Below, piece by piece: positions 35,553-44,637 of a stretch of 64,000 bases of DNA (positions within the stretch are counted from its first letter, which is position 1; the number at the start of each line of letters is the position of its first letter). A program made the translations under genes and the position numbers. Source of the stretch: a virus. The notes under the pieces were generated by a model. The model was given only the letters and a program-made list of their open reading frames with translations. It did no database searches and was not told the DNA's origin. The stretch lies in IMG/VR virus record IMGVR_UViG_3300045988_175656; one strand, given 5' to 3'.

Positions 35553-35631
35553 TAGTAATTCAATTTATATATAAATATATTAAAAATTATTAAAAGTACC
35601 CTTACCTCTTTGAGAATACAAATTTTTATTG

Positions 35632-35641
35632 TATATTTGCA
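35632..35641 (+). promoter_or_regulatory. Bacteroidota-type -7 promoter box
   Basis: tatatttgca; ATG at 35666. Confidence 0.6.
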
Positions 35642-35665
35642 TTGAAATCAATTTAAATATTTAAC

Positions 35666-37324
35666 ATGAATAATATTATATTAAAAGATGATAATGGAAA
35701 AACATATAAAGTTTCCACATCAAACGAAATAAATCGTGGTGGCGAGGGGATGATTGTATCATTAAACAATGGCAAAGTTGTTAAACTATATTTTGAAGCT
35801 TCTAGAGCTATTTCTCAAAGAAAAATAGATGAATTATCACCTTTAGATGATAAATTGTTTGTGAAACCAGAAATTGCGGTTTCTGGAGATTATAATGGCT
35901 TTATAATGCCTGAGCTTGATTGTGTTGATTATTTTCCATTATATTCTCTTTATTCATTAAATTTTGCTATGAAGAGAGGATTGCCATCAGATTATCAAAC
36001 CAAAATAGCTGATAAATTAATAGCAGCAGTAAAAAATGCGCATGATAATAACATCATTATTGGTGACTTAAATCCTTTTAATGTTATGGTCAATAATAAT
36101 TTAGATGTTAAGTTTATTGATGTTGATTCTTATGAGACTACATCTTATAAACATAATGATAAATTATTAGAAGAAATAAGAGATTATAAAAATAATGGTT
36201 TTGTCACTAAGAATAGTGATTATTTTGCATTAGCTGTGTGTATTTTCAATTTGTTCACTGGTATTCATCCATATAAAGGCATTCATAATATATATCGTGA
36301 TAATCTAAAAGACCGAGAAGTGAATGATTTATCATTAGTTAATAAAAAAGAATTTGGGAATATAAAAGTTCCCAAATTTTATAAAGCAATTTCTGATACT
36401 AATCTTTTAGGATTGTTTGAAAAACTGTTTAATAATAATGAGCGATTTTTACTGGATTTACATGGGGCAATTATTAAACAAATTAAATTTGACAAAGTAA
36501 TTTGTTCTGATGATTTATTGATTACTACTATATTGTCAGAAAATATTGTATCAGTTACTTCTTCACAAAATTATTTGTGTATAACAACTGATACACGTCA
36601 TTTAATTATGTCAACAGTGTCTAAGGGAGTTGTAATGAACTTAACTATAATTGATAAATCAATCAATATTATATTGACTGATAAATACATATATGGTTTG
36701 AAAGGTAATAAGTTAAAACTCTTTGATATTAAAAAACAAGAATTTATTGATATTACATCATTAGCAATTAATAATGTACATTGTGTAAAACAATATGAGA
36801 ATATATTATTAATAATAACAGCAAATGATACTATGTACAAGGTATATTTGGATGAAACATTTTGTAATTCAGTTAAATATACAGTTGAAAATGTATATCA
36901 TAAATCGTTTATTAAACGTGATGGATTATTTCAACGACTTGGAGCTAATAATATTATATTCTATAATAATGGTAAAACATTAAATTCTTGTATATATCCT
37001 AATAATATTGCAGATATTCAACAAGTAGGGAATGTTGGATTAATCACAAGTGTGCAAAATTCTAAAATTGTTTATGAATTATTTTCAATAAACAAAATGG
37101 GTAAAATGAATACAATTCAAATTCCTGAACAATATAATTTTACAGCAAATGAGAAGTTCATATTGTTATTTAAAGATGATAAATTAAGGTTTATTGATAA
37201 AGAAACCTTAAATGAAGTAATATCATTTAAGATAAATGACGTTGATGATTACCAAATGTTATCAACAAAATCTGGAATTATTGCATATAATTCTAGTAAT
37301 GTTAAATTATTAAATACTAAATAA
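35666..37324 (+). CDS. Ser/Thr protein-kinase-like domain with large C-terminal (beta-rich) domain
   Basis: GGEGMIV..KVVKLY (G-loop/Lys), IIIGDLNPFNVMV (HRDLKPxN equivalent), KFIDVDSY (DFG equivalent), SDYFALAVCIFNLFTGIHPY. Confidence 0.65.
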   Translation: MNNIILKDDNGKTYKVSTSNEINRGGEGMIVSLNNGKVVKLYFEASRAISQRKIDELSPLDDKLFVKPEIAVSGDYNGFIMPELDCVDYFPLYSLYSLNFAMKRGLPSDYQTKIADKLIAAVKNAHDNNIIIGDLNPFNVMVNNNLDVKFIDVDSYETTSYKHNDKLLEEIRDYKNNGFVTKNSDYFALAVCIFNLFTGIHPYKGIHNIYRDNLKDREVNDLSLVNKKEFGNIKVPKFYKAISDTNLLGLFEKLFNNNERFLLDLHGAIIKQIKFDKVICSDDLLITTILSENIVSVTSSQNYLCITTDTRHLIMSTVSKGVVMNLTIIDKSINIILTDKYIYGLKGNKLKLFDIKKQEFIDITSLAINNVHCVKQYENILLIITANDTMYKVYLDETFCNSVKYTVENVYHKSFIKRDGLFQRLGANNIIFYNNGKTLNSCIYPNNIADIQQVGNVGLITSVQNSKIVYELFSINKMGKMNTIQIPEQYNFTANEKFILLFKDDKLRFIDKETLNEVISFKINDVDDYQMLSTKSGIIAYNSSNVKLLNTK

Positions 37325-37363
37325 AAATATATTAAAATTGTGGTAAGTATGGCAAATAAGTCG

Positions 37364-37373
37364 TATATTTGCA
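37364..37373 (+). promoter_or_regulatory. Bacteroidota-type -7 promoter box
   Basis: tatatttgca; ATG at 37414. Confidence 0.6.
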
Positions 37374-37413
37374 ATGAAATTAATTTTAAAAATAAATAAA
37401 AACTTTAAGAAAA

Positions 37414-37878
37414 ATGAGAACATTAATTGTAAGTGGATTTTTAGCTAAAGATGCTCAAATTGATACTATTCCCACAAGTGGAAATAAAGTATTGAAACTT
37501 GTATTGGCTTCTAATGAATATGGTGATGAAAAAAATGCAGATGGAACAAACAAAGCTGTATGGGTTAACATTTCTTCATTTAAAGAAGAAGCTATGAGAA
37601 TGGCACAGTATTTGAAAAAAGGTAGTAATATTATTGCCATTGGTGATATGAGAACAAGAATGTATCAAAACAAAGCCCAAGAATGGGTATGTGGTGTTGA
37701 AATATATAATGCTGATATTAAGTTTAACGGAACTGGTACAAAGAAAGAAGATAATGCATCAACAGATGAAACTCCTGTTCCTGCACCCAAAAGTACTGCA
37801 AAACATACTGACATGAATATTGCTGTACAACCTGCACCATCAACACAAAATGATGATACAGATGACCTTCCATTCTAA
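37414..37878 (+). CDS. ssb: single-stranded DNA-binding protein
   Basis: OB-fold-sized N-terminus, disordered P/T/A-rich linker, acidic tail DDTDDLPF. Confidence 0.85.
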   Translation: MRTLIVSGFLAKDAQIDTIPTSGNKVLKLVLASNEYGDEKNADGTNKAVWVNISSFKEEAMRMAQYLKKGSNIIAIGDMRTRMYQNKAQEWVCGVEIYNADIKFNGTGTKKEDNASTDETPVPAPKSTAKHTDMNIAVQPAPSTQNDDTDDLPF

Positions 37879-37904
37879 TAAAAAATTAGTTATGTAATAT
37901 AAAA

Positions 37905-37925
37905 AGCTATACAACGTGTATAGCT
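37905..37925 (+). terminator. rho-independent terminator
   Basis: agctatac..gtatagct followed by tttttt. Confidence 0.65.
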
Positions 37926-37978
37926 TTTTTTGTTTATTTATGGTTTTCAATTAAGTATTTATTAATAAACAAAATATT

Positions 37979-38386
37979 ATGATTTTAACTGTCGTTTTAG
38001 TAATTGCTGTTATTGGATGCGCAATTGGTTTTTACTTTTATAAGAAAAACAATAAACCACATGTAGACCCTACTCCAGAGCCTAAACCAGAGCCAACACC
38101 TGACCCTGAACCAGAGCCTGAACCTGTTGTTGATAGTGTTAAATGGAAAAACACTAAAACTGTTCATATACCAAAAGAAGGTAAAGTATTAAATGATGTT
38201 GAATTAGATATAACAGGAGACCCTTTTATTAAATTTGAAGCAAGAGTAAATGGTGTTATAGATAATAGTATCAAATTTACACCATCAGAAGGAAACGGAT
38301 TCACCAAAACTACAATATCAGTAGATGAAAATACTTCAGATGAATCAAGAATAATCGAAATTACTGTAAAGAAAGATGGCGAGTAA
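37979..38386 (+). CDS. membrane-anchored protein with Pro/Glu linker and BACON/Ig-like domain (tentative)
   Basis: N-terminal TM, PEPKPEPTPDPEPEPEP linker, C-terminal TTISVDENTSDESRIIEITV resembles the BACON tail motif. Confidence 0.3.
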   Translation: MILTVVLVIAVIGCAIGFYFYKKNNKPHVDPTPEPKPEPTPDPEPEPEPVVDSVKWKNTKTVHIPKEGKVLNDVELDITGDPFIKFEARVNGVIDNSIKFTPSEGNGFTKTTISVDENTSDESRIIEITVKKDGE

Positions 38387-39098
38387 AACAACAAAAATAC
38401 AAGTATTACATAGCAATTCTCCAATTGTTCCAAGTTTAGATAAACTTGATGAAGGGGTTATTGCAATTAATAATAGAAAAGATAAAGAAAAAATTTATTT
38501 TAAAGGTGAAGTAGATGAAAGTGGTACAAATAGAATTGTTGAGTTTGACCCTACTTCAACTATAATGAAATTAGTTGACCAAAAAATACAAGATACTGAT
38601 ATTGGTCATTTACAAGACCAAATTGATATTATTAATGGTGGTGATAATGTTGATGGGTCATTTGCACATGCTGATAAAGTTTTGGAAGATAAATTAACCC
38701 CACTAATTAATAATAAAGTACAACAAATTAATGCTGGTAAAGGTATTAAAGTTACTGAAAGTGTTGTTAATGATGCTAAATCAGTGTTAGTTGAAACAGT
38801 GGTTAAAGCAAATGATTTAGTATTATCAGTAGATGCAACTAGTGGTATTACAAGTACTATTAAAATGAATATATCTGGTAACACCATATCTTTATTAGGA
38901 CGCAATGATATGGTTATTAGTAGTATTGTCGTCCCTGGTATGAATTTAACCTTTACATCAACTGATGGTATTGATTTAACAAATACAAATGGTGATGTTA
39001 CAGCAAATTTAAAAATAGATTCTAATCCTGATAACCGTTTGGAACTAAGCAATAATGGACTTTTTTCTTCAAGAATTATTAATTGTGGAAACTATTAG
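38376..39098 (+). CDS. tail-fibre-like protein
   Basis: N-terminal LDEGVIAINNRKDKEKIYFKG fibre-type motif; S/T/N/V-rich body. Confidence 0.45.
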   Translation: MASKTTKIQVLHSNSPIVPSLDKLDEGVIAINNRKDKEKIYFKGEVDESGTNRIVEFDPTSTIMKLVDQKIQDTDIGHLQDQIDIINGGDNVDGSFAHADKVLEDKLTPLINNKVQQINAGKGIKVTESVVNDAKSVLVETVVKANDLVLSVDATSGITSTIKMNISGNTISLLGRNDMVISSIVVPGMNLTFTSTDGIDLTNTNGDVTANLKIDSNPDNRLELSNNGLFSSRIINCGNY

Positions 39099-39163
39099 AA
39101 TAATTATTATATAATGTGAACAATATGACTGATTGTGGCGCATTTTAACAGTTAAAAAATATA

Positions 39164-39188
39164 AAGTCTGTAATCCGATTACAGACTT
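39164..39188 (+). terminator. rho-independent terminator
   Basis: aagtctgtaat ccg attacagactt (11-bp stem) followed by tttttg. Confidence 0.7.
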
Positions 39189-39213
39189 TTTTGTTTTATT
39201 GGATTTAAAGTCG

Positions 39214-39223
39214 TATATTTGCA
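39214..39223 (+). promoter_or_regulatory. Bacteroidota-type -7 promoter box
   Basis: tatatttgca; ATG at 39244. Confidence 0.6.
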
Positions 39224-39243
39224 TAAACATAAATAATTTTAAT

Positions 39244-39567
39244 ATGACTATATTTTTAATTCTCATAGGATGTGTTTTAGTATTTGCTCTTTTTGCTAGA
39301 TGGATATTTTTAGAAATATTTAAGAAAAATATTGATATAACTAGAAAACTAAGAGTTGTTTCTATTTCTGAAAGTAATACTATTAATGGAGAAAAATATT
39401 ATAAAATAAAATGCAAAGCGTGTGAAACTAGTAATGAATATCTTAATTTAGAAATTGATTTTGGTAAAACAATTACAATTAATTTATTTGATATAGGGGA
39501 AGTGAATGTGGGTGATGAAATTGTGTTTGAAAAATTTATAAATAAAGAATTAAAATGGGATAAATAA
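39244..39567 (+). CDS. small membrane-anchored protein
   Basis: ORF track frame, start moved downstream of the promoter box (MTIFLILIGCVLVFALF). Confidence 0.5.
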   Translation: MTIFLILIGCVLVFALFARWIFLEIFKKNIDITRKLRVVSISESNTINGEKYYKIKCKACETSNEYLNLEIDFGKTITINLFDIGEVNVGDEIVFEKFINKELKWDK

Positions 39568-40445
39568 TGTTAAATATAAAAGAAATTTTAGAGTTTAGAA
39601 AAACTAATCCAGAACCTAAAGAAGTTACTAAAATTAGGGAGAAAATACTATCAACTTTTAATAAGTTGCAATTTGTTGAAGAAACACACCAATATTTTCT
39701 TCCTGATACAAAAGGTAATCTTATAGAATATGACTGTGTAAGTAATGTAACACATAAATTTGTACCACATGAGAATTGGGATTTAATTGCTGAGAATTAT
39801 GCAATTAAGCATAACAAGCCAAAAGAATTAGTACAAGAAGAGTGGCATTATAATAATATAAGAGCAACCAATAGTGGTACTGGAGTACATTTGTATGGAG
39901 AAATGTGGATGGAACTATTTTTAGGTCATCCAGACAATATTTGTGATATAATTAAACCACAATACCAAGATGGATATTTATTGCCACATTCGCCAAAAGA
40001 AGAAGCCGTAGCAAAGTTTAATGAGGACTTATTTAGAACGCCTAACATGTACCCTGTTTTAGCTGAAACAAGAGTTTATACAGGTGTTAATAAAAAGGTG
40101 AAAAAATTAAATAATAACTATGCAGGCACATTTGATATTTTATATTATTTTAAACACCCAACAGATAATGAAAAAAGTGGTTTATTAATATTGGATTATA
40201 AAACAAATAATGATTTATATAGTAAATTTAATATTGATAATAATAAAATGCTATTAGAACCATTTACCAACATGGTAAATCAAAATTTATCATTATATAC
40301 CCTTCAATTATCATGTTATCAAATACCACTTGAAGATATTGGGATGAAAGTATTAGGTAGAAGAATAATTTGGGTTAAGCCTGATGGAAGTTATGAAAAA
40401 ATTCCTGTACCTGATGTAACTAATGTATTAAGAAATGTATTGTAA
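39567..40445 (+). CDS. PD-(D/E)XK nuclease (RecB/Cas4-like exonuclease fold)
   Basis: GTGVHLYGE, GTFDILYY, LLILDYKTN (D..D-x-K), YTLQLSCYQ (QxxxY). Confidence 0.5.
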   Translation: MLNIKEILEFRKTNPEPKEVTKIREKILSTFNKLQFVEETHQYFLPDTKGNLIEYDCVSNVTHKFVPHENWDLIAENYAIKHNKPKELVQEEWHYNNIRATNSGTGVHLYGEMWMELFLGHPDNICDIIKPQYQDGYLLPHSPKEEAVAKFNEDLFRTPNMYPVLAETRVYTGVNKKVKKLNNNYAGTFDILYYFKHPTDNEKSGLLILDYKTNNDLYSKFNIDNNKMLLEPFTNMVNQNLSLYTLQLSCYQIPLEDIGMKVLGRRIIWVKPDGSYEKIPVPDVTNVLRNVL

Positions 40446-40447
40446 TT

Positions 40448-40612
40448 ATGACAAGAGAAGAAATTGAAAAAGATATAGAATGGGAGTTTGGTAATTCTTG
40501 TGGCATCTGGTACCCATTTAGAAATATAATAGACAATTATACTGATGAAGATATATATGATGTTATGATTCAATGGACTAAAAAACATGGTGCTAAGTTT
40601 GATGATGAATAA
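40448..40612 (+). CDS. small hypothetical protein (54 aa)
   Basis: hand-translated MTREEIEKDIEWEFGNSCGIWYPF..; ends before the terminator. Confidence 0.35.
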   Translation: MTREEIEKDIEWEFGNSCGIWYPFRNIIDNYTDEDIYDVMIQWTKKHGAKFDDE

Positions 40613-40624
40613 TTAACCATATTT

Positions 40625-40650
40625 AACGAGATTTCTTTTGGAATCTCGTT
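40625..40650 (+). terminator. rho-independent terminator whose loop carries the next promoter's TTTG
   Basis: aacgagatt tcttttgg aatctcgtt followed by tttt. Confidence 0.65.
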
Positions 40651-40659
40651 TTTTATTTG

Positions 40660-40669
40660 TACATTTGTA
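40660..40669 (+). promoter_or_regulatory. Bacteroidota-type -7 promoter box (variant)
   Basis: tacatttgta; ATG at 40693. Confidence 0.5.
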
Positions 40670-40692
40670 CCAAAATAAAAAACCATAGAATT

Positions 40693-41091
40693 ATGAGACG
40701 AGAACATTATCTTCCAAAACAGCCTAAATATGGCAATAAACAGTGTGAAACTTTCTCCCATATAGATATAAATGGAGAAAAAGTTATGAAAAATAAACAA
40801 AAATATGATACTGATAAGGAAGCAATTGAAGAAGCAAGAAAATTAAATTGTTTGCCTGAAACAATTCATAAAGTAGTTGCATATAAGTGTATAACCTGTG
40901 GAAAGTGGCACATTGGTAGAACTACTAAAGTTTTAACTGAAAAAGAAAAAGAACATTATAGAAGTCTTGGGACACCTTTTAATTTTAAAAAAGTCATATA
41001 TAAAACTGATATATCAGAGGGTAAGTTTAAACGTATAATTCCAAGTGCTGAACAGGAACTTATTATTAAAAGAAATTTAGGTCTATTATGA
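40693..41091 (+). CDS. zinc-ribbon protein
   Basis: YKCITCGKWHIG; start moved to the ATG downstream of the promoter box. Confidence 0.5.
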   Translation: MRREHYLPKQPKYGNKQCETFSHIDINGEKVMKNKQKYDTDKEAIEEARKLNCLPETIHKVVAYKCITCGKWHIGRTTKVLTEKEKEHYRSLGTPFNFKKVIYKTDISEGKFKRIIPSAEQELIIKRNLGLL

Positions 41092-41390
41092 GTGAATCAA
41101 AAAAAGTACAAAATATGAGGGCTGATTTTATAAACTTCATAAAATCAGTTGTGTTCATGAAAGGAAAATTAAATATATGTGGTGAACAAGAGATAAATTT
41201 TGATAATTTATCAAATGTAATTTCTTTGGATTATTTTGATATTAATGGTGCAAGTCATTCAAGTTATATTGAAAGTGTTTTATTATGTAATGATAAATTA
41301 GTTTTCAATACCAAAAATGGTGATGCATTAACACCATCTGATTTAGAAATGGAAGTTTTGGAGAACATTGTAGACATTTTAAAAGAATAG
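41088..41390 (+). CDS. hypothetical protein
   Basis: ORF track; ATGA overlap upstream; ends in TAG. Confidence 0.5.
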   Translation: MSESKKVQNMRADFINFIKSVVFMKGKLNICGEQEINFDNLSNVISLDYFDINGASHSSYIESVLLCNDKLVFNTKNGDALTPSDLEMEVLENIVDILKE

Positions 41391-41396
41391 TTAAAT

Positions 41397-41951
41397 ATGA
41401 AGTTAAAAAAACAATATATTAGAATACTCCAAAAAGCATTCAGAGTATGGAGTAATAAATTAGATGATTATGACTTGCATTATGCAATGGATGAAATTTA
41501 TTATGCTAAAAGTCCAGCAGCCGCTATTCAAAAGTTTTTATCTTCTGAATATGGATATGATTCATCATTTAATGATTGTAAAACACAACGTGTTCCAAGT
41601 GATGATAAAATTGAATATAATGATGGTGTGATATGTAAAACAGGGTTTAGAAGTTGTATTGAAGATTATATGGAAGAACTTGAACGTATGGATATAATTC
41701 GTAAACTTCCTGATGATACAATGTTTTACATACAAGATAGAAGAAACTATGTTGGCAATTCAGTTCTTTGGTGGGGTTTAAATAGTGGTGGTTATGTTAC
41801 AAACCCAAAGAAAGCAATGAAAGTATCAAAAGAATATATTTTAAAACATACATGGAGAAAAACTGATATTATATGGGAAGCGACTGAAGTAGAAAATAAT
41901 ATTACATCACATGTTGATGCTCAATATCTTAATAAAAAGAAAAGTTTTTAA
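41397..41951 (+). CDS. hypothetical protein
   Basis: ORF track. Confidence 0.55.
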   Translation: MKLKKQYIRILQKAFRVWSNKLDDYDLHYAMDEIYYAKSPAAAIQKFLSSEYGYDSSFNDCKTQRVPSDDKIEYNDGVICKTGFRSCIEDYMEELERMDIIRKLPDDTMFYIQDRRNYVGNSVLWWGLNSGGYVTNPKKAMKVSKEYILKHTWRKTDIIWEATEVENNITSHVDAQYLNKKKSF

Positions 41952-41952
41952 T

Positions 41953-42429
41953 ATGAAAAAAGGTGATAAAGTATTAATTAAAGAATGTCCTATTAAAAAA
42001 TATGTAGGAAAAGAAGGAGTTATTACAAATGTAATTTGTAAATGGAATTGTGAAAAATTATATAAAGTAACAATTGGTAATACAACAATTAAAAATTGGG
42101 CAACAGATGATTGCCTTGAATTAATTGTTGAAAAGAAAACAATAGCAGAATTGTATGATACCGAAACTGAAGATATTAAACGTTTTTGTGACCATGTTAA
42201 TAAGCAGAAAAACGAATATAAAGTAAATGAAGAGTGTTATCATTGTAAATACAAATATAACATTCCAGGAAATGCTCATGTTGGGTGTCGTAAATATTGT
42301 GAAGGAAACACATTTGCATCTTATGGCATTGCAAATGGATGGGTTATTAATATTCCAACATTAGGAATTTCTTGTTTTGACCCAATTTGGAAAGATACAA
42401 AGTGTCCACATTTTGAAGAAAAAGAATAA
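41953..42429 (+). CDS. hypothetical Cys-rich protein
   Basis: ORF track frame, start at MKKGDKV directly after the previous stop. Confidence 0.5.
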   Translation: MKKGDKVLIKECPIKKYVGKEGVITNVICKWNCEKLYKVTIGNTTIKNWATDDCLELIVEKKTIAELYDTETEDIKRFCDHVNKQKNEYKVNEECYHCKYKYNIPGNAHVGCRKYCEGNTFASYGIANGWVINIPTLGISCFDPIWKDTKCPHFEEKE

Positions 42430-42430
42430 T

Positions 42431-42766
42431 ATGAAAAAAGTTGATATTAATAGAATTTTAACAGATGTTTTATTTGTTGTTTTTAACAATGAAGGTAGTA
42501 ACTCTCCTGAAGATATTACTGATTATGTAGATTCAGAAACAATTCTTGATTATATGTTAGAAGATAATGATTATTTTTTAAGTAATTTTTTAACATATCT
42601 TGAAAGTGCATATATGAATGGTAAATATCCATGTAATGATGGTGATAAATGTTATTATAATGTGTTATTTGTAATGATACGAAATCCTCATTATAAAGAA
42701 AAATGCCAAGACTTCATGAATCGTTATGGGTTTGATTTAGATATAATTAATAGAGATTTTTTGTAA
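42431..42766 (+). CDS. hypothetical protein
   Basis: ORF track frame, start at MKKVDIN directly after the previous stop. Confidence 0.5.
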   Translation: MKKVDINRILTDVLFVVFNNEGSNSPEDITDYVDSETILDYMLEDNDYFLSNFLTYLESAYMNGKYPCNDGDKCYYNVLFVMIRNPHYKEKCQDFMNRYGFDLDIINRDFL

Positions 42767-42767
42767 T

Positions 42768-43337
42768 ATGCTTAAATTATCTGATATTAGAAAGCCATTA
42801 AAAATTGATGTTCAATCACCTTGTGTTATAACAAGACTTGGGAGGATTGAAAACAGATATGACATTGATTGGGATATTATATTAAGCAATGGGAAACCAT
42901 TACAAAGAGATTTTTGTTGGTCACATGAACAAAAATCTGAATTGATATTATCAGTTCTTAAAAATATTCCAATACCACCTTTTAGTTTTATAATTGGCGG
43001 TAAAGATGACAAAACATTAAGAGTTATTGATGGTAAACAAAGATTATCAACTTTAATTGATTTTTATAAAGGGGTAATTTCATTTCATTATGAAGGGAAA
43101 AATTATTTTTATAAAGATTTAGATAAATCTGCACAATTTGAATTTGAATATTTTGATATTATGGCTTCAGTGGCTTATGAGCCTTTCGTTGAAGATACAC
43201 AATTAAGAAAAACAGAAAAATGTGTACCATTTAATGATGAAGATATTATTGAATGGTTTAAATTAATCAATTTTGCAGGAACACCTCAAAATAAAGAGCA
43301 TTTAAATTATTTAAATAGTATTATTAAAAATAGTTAA
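42768..43337 (+). CDS. DUF262 (ParB-like nuclease/NTPase domain) protein
   Basis: IPIPPFSF..LRVIDGKQRLSTL matches the DUF262 DGQQR motif; no DUF1524/HNH half present. Confidence 0.55.
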   Translation: MLKLSDIRKPLKIDVQSPCVITRLGRIENRYDIDWDIILSNGKPLQRDFCWSHEQKSELILSVLKNIPIPPFSFIIGGKDDKTLRVIDGKQRLSTLIDFYKGVISFHYEGKNYFYKDLDKSAQFEFEYFDIMASVAYEPFVEDTQLRKTEKCVPFNDEDIIEWFKLINFAGTPQNKEHLNYLNSIIKNS

Positions 43338-43375
43338 ACTTTATATTAATATTTGGTAGTATGAAAATTTTGCCA

Positions 43376-43385
43376 TATATTTGCA
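43376..43385 (+). promoter_or_regulatory. Bacteroidota-type promoter
   Basis: tatatttgca, with TTTG at 43352-43355 (20-nt spacer). Confidence 0.6.
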
Positions 43386-43416
43386 CTATAAATTAATAAC
43401 AATAATAAAAAATAAC

Positions 43417-44637
43417 ATGGGACAAATAATTAACAGTATTCTTGACACAGATTTATATTCATTTAGTATTCAGTATCTTTATTTACAAAAATTTCCTCGT
43501 GCAAAAGGAACTTTTAAATTTAAAGATAGAAGTAACACAGTTTATCCAGAAGGGTTTGCTGAAAAAGTAATGTCTGAAGTTAGAAAGATGGATAATCTTC
43601 AGCTTCAAGATGATGAAGCTGAATGGATGGAAAATAAGTTGTATTATTTTCCTAAATGGTATATTACAACCTTTTTAAAAGGTTATCGCTTTAATTCTAA
43701 AGAAGTTAGTTTGCGGCAAGATGAAGAAGGGCATTTACATGGGGAGATAAAAGGATATTTGTGGAGAACCCTTTTTTGGGAAGAACCAATTTTGGCAATT
43801 GTATCAGAACTTTATCATAAAGAAATAGGAGAAGTAGCTGATTTACAAGAAGTGGCTGAAATTACACGAAGAAAATTTGAAAAATTCCAATTACATGGCA
43901 TTACATTTTCTGATTTTGGAACACGTAGACGTTTTTCATTTGCTGTACAAGAAACTGTTGTGAAAGTATTTGATGACTTATCAAAACTATATGCTCGTGG
44001 GACATCTAAAGATAGAATCTGTTTCAAAGGCACATCAAATACATATTTGGCATTTAAATATGATTTGACACCTATTGGCACAATGGCACATCAAATTGTA
44101 TCAGCAATTGGCGCACTGTTTGGTTATAAAGAAGCTAATTATTTAGCAATGGAAAATTGGTTTGATGTTTATAATGCAGACCTTGGAATTTTTCTTTATG
44201 ACACTTATGGATGGGATGCATTTGAAAAGAACTTTGCCAAAAAACATGCACTTCTCTATGATGGATTACGAGTTGATTCAGGTGATAATATTGACCAATT
44301 AGAAAAAATTATTGCCAAATATATATCTCTTGGAATTGACCCATCAACTAAAAGTGTTGTATTTTCAAATGCACTAACAACTGATGATGCAGTCCAAATT
44401 CATTTAAAAGTACGTGGGCGTATTAAAGATAGTTATGGAATTGGTACACATTTCACTTGTGATATTCCAGGTGTTAAACCGTTGAATATTGTCATTAAAT
44501 TAGATGAAGTATCTATTACTGAAAAAACCGAAACTAAAAAAGCAGTAAAACTATCTAATGATTTTGGAAAATATACTGGAGATGCTGATGAAGTACAAAT
44601 AGCATTACTAACTTTAGGTATAAAAAATAAAGAATAA
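43417..44637 (+). CDS. pncB: nicotinate phosphoribosyltransferase
   Basis: near end-to-end resemblance to E. coli PncB as I remember it: LDTDLYSFS, FSDFGTRRRFS..VQETVV, GTSN, LTPIGTMAHQ, LRVDSGD, GIDP..K.VVFSN.L, SYGIGTHFTCDIPGVKPLNIVIKL. Confidence 0.9.
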   Translation: MGQIINSILDTDLYSFSIQYLYLQKFPRAKGTFKFKDRSNTVYPEGFAEKVMSEVRKMDNLQLQDDEAEWMENKLYYFPKWYITTFLKGYRFNSKEVSLRQDEEGHLHGEIKGYLWRTLFWEEPILAIVSELYHKEIGEVADLQEVAEITRRKFEKFQLHGITFSDFGTRRRFSFAVQETVVKVFDDLSKLYARGTSKDRICFKGTSNTYLAFKYDLTPIGTMAHQIVSAIGALFGYKEANYLAMENWFDVYNADLGIFLYDTYGWDAFEKNFAKKHALLYDGLRVDSGDNIDQLEKIIAKYISLGIDPSTKSVVFSNALTTDDAVQIHLKVRGRIKDSYGIGTHFTCDIPGVKPLNIVIKLDEVSITEKTETKKAVKLSNDFGKYTGDADEVQIALLTLGIKNKE

